This document shows positions 9,820 through 18,081 of a stretch of DNA of 64,000 bases, piece by piece. The notes beneath the pieces were generated by a model, which was not told the DNA's origin, searched no databases, and worked only from the letters and a program-made list of their open reading frames with translations. A program made the translations under genes and the position numbers. The DNA comes from Ulvibacterium sp. (GTDB lineage Bacteria > Bacteroidota > Bacteroidia > Flavobacteriales > Flavobacteriaceae): NCBI RefSeq assembly GCF_028285715.1, contig NZ_JANQOO010000024.1, positions 9,539 to 73,538 on the forward strand, read 5' to 3'. Each line of letters begins with the position of its first letter. Position 1 is the stretch's first letter.

Positions 9820-10320
9820 TTAATTATTCCTAATATAAGTCAAATAGGTAAAATCAAACTTGTGTTTGGCATCCTTGGGATGATATTCCTGGGAGGTTAA
9901 TTTCCAGATGTTTTCATCGATTTCCGGGAAAAAGGTATCTGCATCAGGAAAGGTAGTGTGGATTAGGGTCAATTCTATTTTATTGGCAAATTGTTCTCCC
10001 TGCCTGTATATTTCGCCTCCTCCAATAATAAAGGACAGCGTATCATCCTTTACCAGAGCAATAGCCTCTTCCATACCGTGTACCGTGATACAATTTTCAT
10101 ACGGGGTCTTATAGTCTTTATCCCGGGTAACAATGATATGCAATCGATTAGGTAGGGGTTTGGGGAAACTCTCAAAAGTTTTTCGCCCCATAATTATTTT
10201 ATGGCCCGTAGTTAGATTCTTGAAGCGTTTAAAATCATCGGGAAGATGCCATAGCAAATCATTATCCTTTCCAAGGGCTTTGTTTTCGCCTATGGCCGCT
10301 ATCATGGCAATGGTATTCAC
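9820..10320 (-). CDS. folA: dihydrofolate reductase
   Basis: DHFR pattern IAMIAAIGENKALG...LLWHLPDDFKRFKNLTTGHKIIMGRKTFES. GTG start overlaps the stop of the upstream gene (GTGA). Confidence 0.9.
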   Translation of the reverse strand: MNTIAMIAAIGENKALGKDNDLLWHLPDDFKRFKNLTTGHKIIMGRKTFESFPKPLPNRLHIIVTRDKDYKTPYENCITVHGMEEAIALVKDDTLSFIIGGGEIYRQGEQFANKIELTLIHTTFPDADTFFPEIDENIWKLTSQEYHPKDAKHKFDFTYLTYIRNN

Positions 10321-10706
10321 AATTCTTTTTTTTTGTTGATTTTGGAAAGTGGAAAATCTGTTTCAATTTCCTTTTGGAGTTCAGCTATCCGTTCTTTCTG
10401 TTTAGCTACCAATTTTTCACGTTGTTTTCGCTCCCAGTCCCTTCCCATGAATTTTTGGGTCACAAGGACATTGAAAGCATGTAGGGCAAACAAAAAGGCC
10501 CAAAAAGTAATGCCCCATAAAAACCAATCATATTCTTCCCAATATTTTAAGATTTTATTGATCAGTATCAAAAAAACACTCCCGATCAAAAAAACTACAA
10601 AATGGGCATACAACCTTTTCTTCTGCTTTATGCGGTGCTGTGCCGTTTCCAAAAGCTCGTGCTGTTCCTGGTCCAAATGCCCCTTGTTTTTATTTTTGGA
10701 GAACAT
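10317..10706 (-). CDS. 2TM-domain small membrane protein
   Basis: Two hydrophobic helices flanked by charged, coiled C-terminus (KQREKLVAKQKERIAELQKEIE). Start taken at ATG 10706 (MFSKNKNK) so that it does not run into the divergent gene. Confidence 0.55.
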   Translation of the reverse strand: MFSKNKNKGHLDQEQHELLETAQHRIKQKKRLYAHFVVFLIGSVFLILINKILKYWEEYDWFLWGITFWAFLFALHAFNVLVTQKFMGRDWERKQREKLVAKQKERIAELQKEIETDFPLSKINKKKEL

Positions 10707-10767
10707 GCGAATAGCTATCTTTAACAACAAAGATACGGTAATTGTGGCGTATCTGAAGTTATCGGCA

Positions 10768-11856
10768 ATGGAGAACATACGCAAGGACTTTCCCATATTG
10801 AACACCTGTGTTTACCTCAACACGGCTACCTCAGGACTATTGTCCAGGAGTCTCCTGGATTGGAGACATCAGCATGATCGATCTTTTTTTGAGGAGGGAA
10901 GTGCAATGAAAGTAAGGGCCATGATGGGTCTTATTCCTGAAACGCGGAGTACGATTGCACATTTTTTTAGTTGCAAAACGGACAATGTTGCCTTGACACC
11001 CAATTTTTCACTAGGAATGAACCTTCTGTTGGATGGATTGGACAAAAAACACAAAGTGCTGCTTTTGGAAGAGGACTATCCATCTGTAAATTGGCCTTTT
11101 GAAAAAAGAGGTTTCCAAATTGATTATGTTGAGATCGATGAGCATTTGGAAGAGAAAATCTACAAAGAAGTAAAGTCCAAGAAGATTTCCATATTGGCCT
11201 TAAGTATTGTTCAATGGTTAGATGGAATTCAAGTCGATCTGGATTTTTTAAAAAACCTAAAAAAGGAATTCCCCGATCTTTGCATAATTGCTGATGGCAC
11301 ACAGTTTTTGGGTATTAGCGATTTCGATTTTGAGGCATCGGCGATTGACGTATTGGGTACAAGTACCTATAAATGGTTGCTATCGGGCTATGGAAACGGT
11401 TTTTTTCTTTTCAAGAATAGGGCAAAGGAACTGTTTTCGGTGAGTTCCCTAGGATTCAATTCCGTGAGTGGTGACCTTTCCAGGAAAGGAAAAGTAGAAT
11501 TTGCAAAACATCTAGAACCAGGTCATTTGGATACCTTCAATTTTGGAAGCTTAAAATTTTCTCTGGAATCCATGAAACGTATTGGAATGCATACTATTGA
11601 AGATCAAAATCGACGACTTCGAAAAAAGGCAATGGATGAACTTGGTGGTTTGGGGTTGTTAAAGGAAAGTATTCTTAATAGGAAAAATCATGGAAATATC
11701 CTTAACATTTTGGGTGATGAAAGATGCTTTCAAGAATTGACATATAACGGGATCGTTTGTGCACAAAGGGGAGACGGAATCCGATTGAGCTTTCATTATT
11801 ACAATAACGAAAACGATATAGAGACAGTCATAAATGTCTTAAAAACAAGGGCATAG
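10768..11856 (+). CDS. class-V aminotransferase fold PLP-dependent enzyme (cysteine desulfurase / C-S lyase-like)
   Basis: N-terminus MENIRKDFPILNTCVYLNTATSG typical of the class V family, ~362 aa. The track ORF's first 145 codons are antisense to folA/2TM and were rejected. Confidence 0.7.
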   Translation: MENIRKDFPILNTCVYLNTATSGLLSRSLLDWRHQHDRSFFEEGSAMKVRAMMGLIPETRSTIAHFFSCKTDNVALTPNFSLGMNLLLDGLDKKHKVLLLEEDYPSVNWPFEKRGFQIDYVEIDEHLEEKIYKEVKSKKISILALSIVQWLDGIQVDLDFLKNLKKEFPDLCIIADGTQFLGISDFDFEASAIDVLGTSTYKWLLSGYGNGFFLFKNRAKELFSVSSLGFNSVSGDLSRKGKVEFAKHLEPGHLDTFNFGSLKFSLESMKRIGMHTIEDQNRRLRKKAMDELGGLGLLKESILNRKNHGNILNILGDERCFQELTYNGIVCAQRGDGIRLSFHYYNNENDIETVINVLKTRA

Positions 11857-11973
11857 GATTGGTTCTTTTAAAAATACGTTGCCCTTTTTTATTGAACCTC
11901 GTTAAATAGTACTAAAATATTAAGAAAATGATAAAAATGATTTTCATCATTGTAAATGAGCATTTTATTGCAT

Positions 11974-11981
11974 TAGTTTTG
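11974..11981 (+). promoter_or_regulatory. Bacteroidota-type -7 promoter box (TAGTTTTG)
   Basis: Exact TAnnTTTG match 24 nt upstream of ATG 12005. Confidence 0.4.
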
Positions 11982-12004
11982 CGCCAAACTTAAAACAGAA
12001 TATC

Positions 12005-12301
12005 ATGGCGATTGCAAAACAATACCTAAAGACCAAGCCGATTTGTAAAGTAACCTTTACCGTACCGGCAGAAAATGCTAAAAAAGTAGCTGTTGTTGGA
12101 GATTTCAACAACTGGAATCCTAAAGGAAGTACGTTAAAAAAATTGAAGAACGGTACCTTTAAGGGTACTTTTGATTTGCCCAAGGAAAATGCTTATGAAT
12201 TTAAGTATTTGGTAGATGGCAACTACGTAAGCGAAACCGAGGCCGATCGTTTCCAGTGGAACGATTTTGCCGGGTCTGAGAATCCAGTATTGGAGGTTTA
12301 G
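12005..12301 (+). CDS. small CBM48 / isoamylase early-set (AMPK-beta-like) domain protein
   Basis: 98 aa. VTFTVPAENAKKVAVVGDFNNWNP...GTFKGTFDLP...YEFKYLVDG matches the glycogen-binding early-set fold pattern. Confidence 0.65.
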   Translation: MAIAKQYLKTKPICKVTFTVPAENAKKVAVVGDFNNWNPKGSTLKKLKNGTFKGTFDLPKENAYEFKYLVDGNYVSETEADRFQWNDFAGSENPVLEV

Positions 12302-12320
12302 AACAAAAAGGAATTATAAG

Positions 12321-12356
12321 GGCAGTGAAACTCAAAGTGTTTTCACTGCCTTTTTT
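12321..12356 (+). terminator. intrinsic terminator between convergent genes
   Basis: Perfect 10-bp stem GGCAGTGAAA/TTTCACTGCC with a 10-nt loop, followed by TTTTTT. It lies between the CBM48 gene and the convergent DUF427 gene. Confidence 0.8.
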
Positions 12357-12636
12357 ATTTTGTAACGGTCACACCCTTCCAAAAGGCCACATGACCTTTT
12401 ATAGCTTTGGCCAGTTCGCTTACCTCTGGGTAGTACCAGGCCGCGTCCTTGTTTTCGGCCCCGTTGACACTTACGGTATAGTACGAAGCTTGGCCTTTCC
12501 AAGGGCAAGTGGTGTGGGTCTTACTTTCCTTAAAGAATTCTTTTTTTATACTTTGTGGAGGGAAATAGTGATTGTTCTCCACTACAATAGTATCATCACT
12601 TTCCGCAATTACGGTATCGTTCCAAATGGCTTTCAC
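12355..12636 (-). CDS. DUF427 domain protein
   Basis: 93 aa. KAIWNDTVIAESDDTIVVENNHYFP...CPWKGQASYY...AWYYP pattern characteristic of DUF427. GTG start overlaps the egtD stop (GTGA). Confidence 0.7.
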   Translation of the reverse strand: MKAIWNDTVIAESDDTIVVENNHYFPPQSIKKEFFKESKTHTTCPWKGQASYYTVSVNGAENKDAAWYYPEVSELAKAIKGHVAFWKGVTVTK

Positions 12637-13610
12637 GATCTTTCTTTTTTAAATAAATAGTCTTTGTAAAGATTGGCTTGGTCGCTAAATTGAGCCACAA
12701 TTTGTAGCCCGGCCTTTTCCGCAAGCCAATTAACGACTTCGTCATCATATTTTTGTGATATCTCCGTATGTATGGTCTCCCAAGGTTTAAAATCAATTTT
12801 CACGTTCAATTTTTCAATACACACGGATTGTTTTTCCTTGGACACCAAATAACTCTTGGCCGTACCTGTTTCAGGGTCGTATACTTCCCAATGCAAAAAC
12901 TTTTCTAAATCAAAATCGGCCCCTAGCTCCCTGTTAATACGGGCCAAAATGTTCTTGTTAAAGGCCTCTGTAATTCCAGTTTTGTCGTTATAAGCGTCCA
13001 AGATGGTTTGTGGGTTCTTTTTTTGGTCAAAACCGACAAAAAAAAGATCATCCTCATTCATCAGATTTTGAACACTTTTTAAAAAATCAACGGCCTGAGG
13101 ATGTAGAAGATTGCCAATATTGGAACCTAAAAAAAGAATAACCTTTCTGGACCCGTTATCGGAATGGATGTCCGCCAAAGTCTCAAAATAGGTTCCCTGC
13201 CTAGGCTCCATAGAAAGATCAGGCAGTTCCTCATGCAAGGATTTTTCGAGCTGATCCAAGACATTTTGACTAATATCAATAGGCTTATAAGTGAAATTGA
13301 CGTTATTGCCTATTAAGTATTTCAATAAGATCTTGGTCTTTTTGCCATCACCGGCACCCAGTTCAATAAGGTTAAAACTCTCTTTTTCTGAAGAAAACCA
13401 TTGGGCAATTTTATCCTTATAGGTATCCAGAATTTCAAACTCCGAATCCGTCAAATAATATTCGGGCATATTCATGATGTCCTGAAACAGCTTGTCTCCT
13501 TTGGCATCGTAAAAATATTTGGACGATAAATGTTTTGGGAAATCGGTAAGGCCTCTATAGACTTCCTCTTCAAATAATGTCTCAAAAATAGTGTCTGTTT
13601 GTTCTTGCAT
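12633..13610 (-). CDS. egtD: L-histidine N-alpha-methyltransferase (ergothioneine biosynthesis)
   Basis: SKYFYDAKGDKLFQDIMNMPEYYLTDSE N-terminal signature and SAM-binding ELGAGDGKKT, ~325 aa, adjacent to egtB. Confidence 0.8.
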   Translation of the reverse strand: MQEQTDTIFETLFEEEVYRGLTDFPKHLSSKYFYDAKGDKLFQDIMNMPEYYLTDSEFEILDTYKDKIAQWFSSEKESFNLIELGAGDGKKTKILLKYLIGNNVNFTYKPIDISQNVLDQLEKSLHEELPDLSMEPRQGTYFETLADIHSDNGSRKVILFLGSNIGNLLHPQAVDFLKSVQNLMNEDDLFFVGFDQKKNPQTILDAYNDKTGITEAFNKNILARINRELGADFDLEKFLHWEVYDPETGTAKSYLVSKEKQSVCIEKLNVKIDFKPWETIHTEISQKYDDEVVNWLAEKAGLQIVAQFSDQANLYKDYLFKKERS

Positions 13611-13659
13611 GTAGCCTAAGTCGAAATTAGAGGGGATACCCTACATTGAAGTTAAAGGA

Positions 13660-14820
13660 TTATTTTGCCAATCGAAGACCGGTAAATTGCCAACGTAGTT
13701 GGGCATGGAAAAAATTGCGGTACGTAGGCCGCGTATGTTTTTTGGGTGTCGCCACCGAGCCTCCGCGAAGCACCTTTTGGTTTACCATGAATTTGCCGTT
13801 GTATTCGCCCAGGGCTCCCTCCGCTTTTTGGTAATTGGGGTAGGGTAAATAGGCACTTTCCGTCCATTCCCAACGGTTGCCCCAAGGAAAATAGGCTTGG
13901 GCAACTTCCCATTCAAATTCCGTAGGTAGTCTACAGCCCTTGAATTGGGCAAAGGCAAAGGCTTCAAAATAGGATATATGGGTCAACGGGGTGTTCGGAT
14001 TTACTTTTTGTAGCCCGTTTAGGGTATACTGATGCCATTCACCATCCATTTTGTGCCAGTACAGGGGAGCGGAAATGGCATTCTGGTTTACCCAATCCCA
14101 ACCTTCTGCATGCCAAAGGTCAAATATTTTATACCCTCCGGCCTCCATGAATTCCAAGTACTCGGAATTAAAGGTCAATACATTGGATATCTGGAAAGGA
14201 TGTAAGTATATCTTGTGCCTACCCAGCTCATTATCATAACAGAAACCATCGGATTTATGCCCTATTTCGTAAATTCCCTCTTCAATGGAGATCCATTCCC
14301 TAGGATGTGCCTCCGGCACATGTTCTTCCAAATGGACCGAGTACACCGGAAGTAATGGATTGTTTCCCAAAATATATTTGATATCCGTCAACAGGAGTTC
14401 TTGATGTTGCTTTTCGTGGTGGATGCCAATTTCAAGTAGACCATACAATTCTTGACCCTCATTTTCCTCAAATAGTTTTTTTATGGCCTTGGTCACATAA
14501 CTGCGATATGCATATACTTTCTGCACGGACGGTCTTGAAAGATTACCCCTGTCCGAGCGGATTACCCGTTTTCCAACAGTTTCATAATAGCTATTAAAGA
14601 CGAATGCAAAATCGTCATCGAAGATTTGGTAATTCTTTGCATAAGGCTTTAGGATAAACTCCTCAAAAAACCAGGTAGAGTGTCCCAAATGCCATTTAGG
14701 TGGCGAGACATCCACAATGGGTTGAACCACATAATCCTCAATTTCAAGAGGCGCACATAGTTCTTCTGTATACTTTCGGGTTTCCAGAAAAAAATCCAGG
14801 AGGGAATCGGTAAGTAGCAT
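13660..14820 (-). CDS. egtB: ergothioneine biosynthesis sulfoxide synthase EgtB (DinB-like + FGE-sulfatase domains)
   Basis: DinB-type His motif (PPKWHLGHSTWFFEEF, HHEKQHQELL) and C-terminal FGE-like domain (GNRWEWTESAYLPYP...VLRGGS). The short form (386 aa) resembles cysteine-using type II enzymes. Confidence 0.8.
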   Translation of the reverse strand: MLLTDSLLDFFLETRKYTEELCAPLEIEDYVVQPIVDVSPPKWHLGHSTWFFEEFILKPYAKNYQIFDDDFAFVFNSYYETVGKRVIRSDRGNLSRPSVQKVYAYRSYVTKAIKKLFEENEGQELYGLLEIGIHHEKQHQELLLTDIKYILGNNPLLPVYSVHLEEHVPEAHPREWISIEEGIYEIGHKSDGFCYDNELGRHKIYLHPFQISNVLTFNSEYLEFMEAGGYKIFDLWHAEGWDWVNQNAISAPLYWHKMDGEWHQYTLNGLQKVNPNTPLTHISYFEAFAFAQFKGCRLPTEFEWEVAQAYFPWGNRWEWTESAYLPYPNYQKAEGALGEYNGKFMVNQKVLRGGSVATPKKHTRPTYRNFFHAQLRWQFTGLRLAK

Positions 14821-14891
14821 AGTATATGAATTAGGCTAAAGATACGAAATAAGATGTTTAGCCTTTGCCCCTATTTGGGCAAAAATTGTTT

Positions 14892-15716
14892 TTAAACGGC
14901 TACAGCTCCCTTAATGTGAGGGTGTGGATTATAATCAAGTAATGTAAAGTCCGCAAAGGTAAAATCAAAGATGTCCTTGACCCCGGGGTTCAACAACATT
15001 TTGGGTAAAGGGCGGGGTTCCCGACTTAATTGGAGTGTTACCTGTTCCATATGATTGGTGTAGATATGGGCATCTCCAAATGTATGGACGAATTCACCGG
15101 GTTCGTAACCACAGACTTGGGCCATCATTAGGGTGAACAAGGCGTAGGAGGCAATATTAAAAGGTACCCCCAAAAAAATATCAGCACTACGTTGATAGAG
15201 TTGACAGGATAATTTTCCATCTGCCACATAGAATTGGAAAAATGCATGACAAGGGGGTAGGGCCGCCTTGCCACGCGCCACGTTTTCCGAGAATGACTTG
15301 GACGTATCCGGTAGTACACTGGGGTTCCAGGCCGAGACCAACATGCGCCTGCTGTCCGGATTGTTTTTTAACGCCTGGACCACTTCCTTGATTTGGTCAA
15401 TTTCCTCGTTGTTCCAATTGCGCCATTGGTGACCATATACCGGGCCCAGGTCTCCATTTTCATCGGCCCATTCGTTCCAGATGCGTACCCCGTTTTCTTG
15501 GAGGTATCCAATATTGGTATCGCCCTTAAGAAACCAAAGAAGTTCATGGACTATCGATTTCAAATGCAATTTTTTGGTGGTTACCATCGGAAAGCCTTTA
15601 CTCAACTCAAACCGCATCTGATAACCAAATACACTTAGGGTTCCAGTGCCGGTTCTATCCTGTTTTTCGTTGCCGTTTTCAAGAACGTGCCGCAATAAGT
15701 CGTGGTATTGTTTCAT
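14892..15716 (-). CDS. thyA: thymidylate synthase
   Basis: Canonical ThyA motifs: [40 protein letters not shown]. 274 aa. Confidence 0.95.
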   Translation of the reverse strand: MKQYHDLLRHVLENGNEKQDRTGTGTLSVFGYQMRFELSKGFPMVTTKKLHLKSIVHELLWFLKGDTNIGYLQENGVRIWNEWADENGDLGPVYGHQWRNWNNEEIDQIKEVVQALKNNPDSRRMLVSAWNPSVLPDTSKSFSENVARGKAALPPCHAFFQFYVADGKLSCQLYQRSADIFLGVPFNIASYALFTLMMAQVCGYEPGEFVHTFGDAHIYTNHMEQVTLQLSREPRPLPKMLLNPGVKDIFDFTFADFTLLDYNPHPHIKGAVAV

Positions 15717-15883
15717 GACGTCATACCGTATCCTCCCTATAGGGAAAAGGAACTTTTTAAAAGTTAATCAACAATAGTAAAAATAAATAAACACTTTGTT
15801 TGCCCATAGACTCTTTCCCGTATAATTATCAAAAAATTATTAACGTAGGATTTTAGGCTGCCTTTTCAGAAATGTAGCGGTAA

Positions 15884-17344
15884 CTATCCCAAAATCATTC
15901 CAGCTATGGTTGCGGATAGTAGTGATGCCAGAGTGCCGCCCAGAACAGCCTGCAGCCCAAATTCTGAAAGTGTTTTGCGTTGTCCCGGAGCAAGAGATCC
16001 GATTCCGCCGATCTGGATGCCAATTGACGCAAAATTGGCAAATCCGCATAACATGTAGGTGGCCATTATTACGGATTTGTTAAAAGTGAAATGCGTGCTA
16101 TTAGCCATATCCTTTAATTGGGTAAGTTGTACATATCCTACAAATTCACTAGCCGCCAGTTTTATGCCCAATAATTGCCCCATTAGCATGATATCCTCTT
16201 TTGCCACGCCAATAAGCCACATTAGGGGTGCAAATAGGGTTCCCAGTATAGCTTCCAAGGAAAGCTTTTCATATATCGTATTAAGTGCTATCCATTCATT
16301 GAGCGAACCAATATTACCGGTCCACTCCAATATGCCATTTATCATGGCGATAACGGCCAGAAACACCAATAGCATGGCCCCCACATTCACCGCAAGTTTA
16401 AGACCTTCGGTGGTTCCATTCGCTATGGCGTCCAATAGATTGGAGCCAATTCTTTCGGATGAGACACGGACATCGGTATTTACGGCTTCGGTCTGTGGAT
16501 AGAGTATTTTAGAAACCACTATGGCCCCTGGTGCGGCCATTACCGAGGCGGCCAGTAGATGTTTGGCGAACAAGAGCTTTAAGGCTTCGCTTTCGCCTCC
16601 CAAGAAGTCAATATAGGCCCCTAACACAGCACCGGCTACTGTTGCCATGCCCCCTATCATAACCAAGAGTATCTCCGATTTGTTCATTCGATCCAAATAA
16701 GCCTTGATCAATAATGGGGCTTCGGTCTGACCCAAGAAAATGTTGCCGGCAACGCTTAGACTTTCTGCACCTGAAATTCCAAAGCTTTTTGTCAATAGCC
16801 ATGCCAAGGCTTGGACAACTTTTTGGATAATGCCCAAGTAAAAAAGCAATGAGGTCAAAGCTGAAAAGAAGATAATGGTTGGCAAAACCTGAAATGCAAA
16901 AATGTAACCAAAGGTATTGGTGTCTACCACCAGACCTTCAAAAAGGAATTTGCTACCTACTTTGGTAAATTCCAATATTTTTATGAAAACCTTGCCAATT
17001 TGTTCAAATACAATTTGAACGAAAGGTACTTTTAAAACTCCTACGGCTATCAATAACTGCAATGAAAGACCGATACCTACGGTTTTCCAATTGATGGCAT
17101 TTCTGTTAGCGCTAAACAGGAAAGCGATCAGGATTACGACGCACATTCCCAATACTCCCCGCCATAGGCTATGTATTGTGAATCCCTGATTGGGTGTAAT
17201 ATCTACGGTTTCCTTGGATACAAGATCATTGACCAGGGCAGTATCCAAAATCGGGGCGATAGTATCCTGGGCATTAAGGTGTTGGGTGAGAAAAGGAAAG
17301 GAAAAAAGACAAACAAACAGAAGTACCCAACTACTTTTTCGCAT
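15884..17344 (-). CDS. nupC: concentrative nucleoside transporter (NupC/CNT family)
   Basis: 486-aa polytopic membrane ORF with CNT-type stretches (GNIFLGQTEAPLL, CGFANFASIGIQIGG). Confidence 0.8.
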   Translation of the reverse strand: MRKSSWVLLFVCLFSFPFLTQHLNAQDTIAPILDTALVNDLVSKETVDITPNQGFTIHSLWRGVLGMCVVILIAFLFSANRNAINWKTVGIGLSLQLLIAVGVLKVPFVQIVFEQIGKVFIKILEFTKVGSKFLFEGLVVDTNTFGYIFAFQVLPTIIFFSALTSLLFYLGIIQKVVQALAWLLTKSFGISGAESLSVAGNIFLGQTEAPLLIKAYLDRMNKSEILLVMIGGMATVAGAVLGAYIDFLGGESEALKLLFAKHLLAASVMAAPGAIVVSKILYPQTEAVNTDVRVSSERIGSNLLDAIANGTTEGLKLAVNVGAMLLVFLAVIAMINGILEWTGNIGSLNEWIALNTIYEKLSLEAILGTLFAPLMWLIGVAKEDIMLMGQLLGIKLAASEFVGYVQLTQLKDMANSTHFTFNKSVIMATYMLCGFANFASIGIQIGGIGSLAPGQRKTLSEFGLQAVLGGTLASLLSATIAGMILG

Positions 17345-17353
17345 AAAAGAGTC

Positions 17354-17986
17354 TTATCTGTTCCGTTTGGAAATCTCATCTCGAAGTTTGGCAGCCTTTT
17401 CGTAGTCTTCGTTCGCAACTGCTTTATCCAATTCCTTGTGCAGTTCTTCCAAGCTAAGTTCCTTATAGGCTTCGGAAGCCCCGGTGTCTATTTCCACGGT
17501 TTCCCCTTCCTGTAGGATTTCATCCACCATAATACTATCGTCATTCTCATCCTTATCCTTTTCCTTGGATGAGAATTTTAAAAAAATACCCGCTTTGTCC
17601 AAAATGGTCTTATAGGTAAATATTGGCGCATTAAATCGCAGTGCAAGGGCTATGGCATCGCTGGTGCGGGCATCAATAATTTCTTCTATTTTATCCCGCT
17701 CACAAATAATGCTGGAATAGAATACACCATCGACCAACTTGTGTATGATTACCTGTTTAACTACGATATCGAATCGGTCGGCAAAATTTTTAAAAAGATC
17801 ATGTGTTAGGGGCCTTGGGGGCTTTATTTCCTTTTCCAAGGCTATGGCTATGGATTGTGCCTCAAAAGCACCGATAACAATGGGAAGCTTACGGTCACCT
17901 TCAACCTCATTTAAAATGAGGGCATAGGCCCCATTTTGTGTTTGGCTGTACGATATTCCCTTTATTTTTAACCGAACTAAACTCAT
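17354..17986 (-). CDS. bifunctional nuclease family protein (BFN/DUF151) with C-terminal UVR motif
   Basis: N-terminal LPIVIGAFEAQSIA pattern of the DUF151 nuclease fold. C-terminal UvrB/C-like helix hairpin (EDYEKAAKLRDEI). Confidence 0.7.
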   Translation of the reverse strand: MSLVRLKIKGISYSQTQNGAYALILNEVEGDRKLPIVIGAFEAQSIAIALEKEIKPPRPLTHDLFKNFADRFDIVVKQVIIHKLVDGVFYSSIICERDKIEEIIDARTSDAIALALRFNAPIFTYKTILDKAGIFLKFSSKEKDKDENDDSIMVDEILQEGETVEIDTGASEAYKELSLEELHKELDKAVANEDYEKAAKLRDEISKRNR

Positions 17987-18002
17987 ATATGGTCATTAAG
18001 CC

Positions 18003-18047
18003 ATAAAAGGCTGTTCAAACAAAGGGACAACCTAGTTTTGAACAGCC
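18003..18047 (-). terminator. intrinsic terminator after etfA
   Basis: 11-bp stem GGCTGTTCAAA/TTTGAACAGCC. On the minus strand it is followed by TTTTAT. Confidence 0.7.
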
Positions 18048-18081
18048 CTTTAAAGGTCACAAATTAACAAAAATTAAGTGT

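Noticed and set aside
10333-10767. First ~145 codons of track ORF 10333..11856 (+)
   Set aside because: This stretch is antisense to the well-supported folA and 2TM genes and is Cys/Ser/Phe-rich nonsense. The recognisable class-V PLP enzyme begins at ATG 10768.
12325-12660. 111-aa plus-strand ORF opposite the DUF427 gene
   Set aside because: The minus-strand frame matches the DUF427 pattern and is coupled to egtD. The plus-strand ORF would also run through the intrinsic terminator at 12321-12356.
15734-15745. 12-bp palindrome TCCCTATAGGGA 18 nt upstream of thyA, and CCTATAGG at ~41206-41213 in the cysN-sir spacer
   Set aside because: Short palindromes. One or two occurrences of an 8-mer in 64 kb is about the chance expectation, and the stem would be too short for a stable RNA hairpin.
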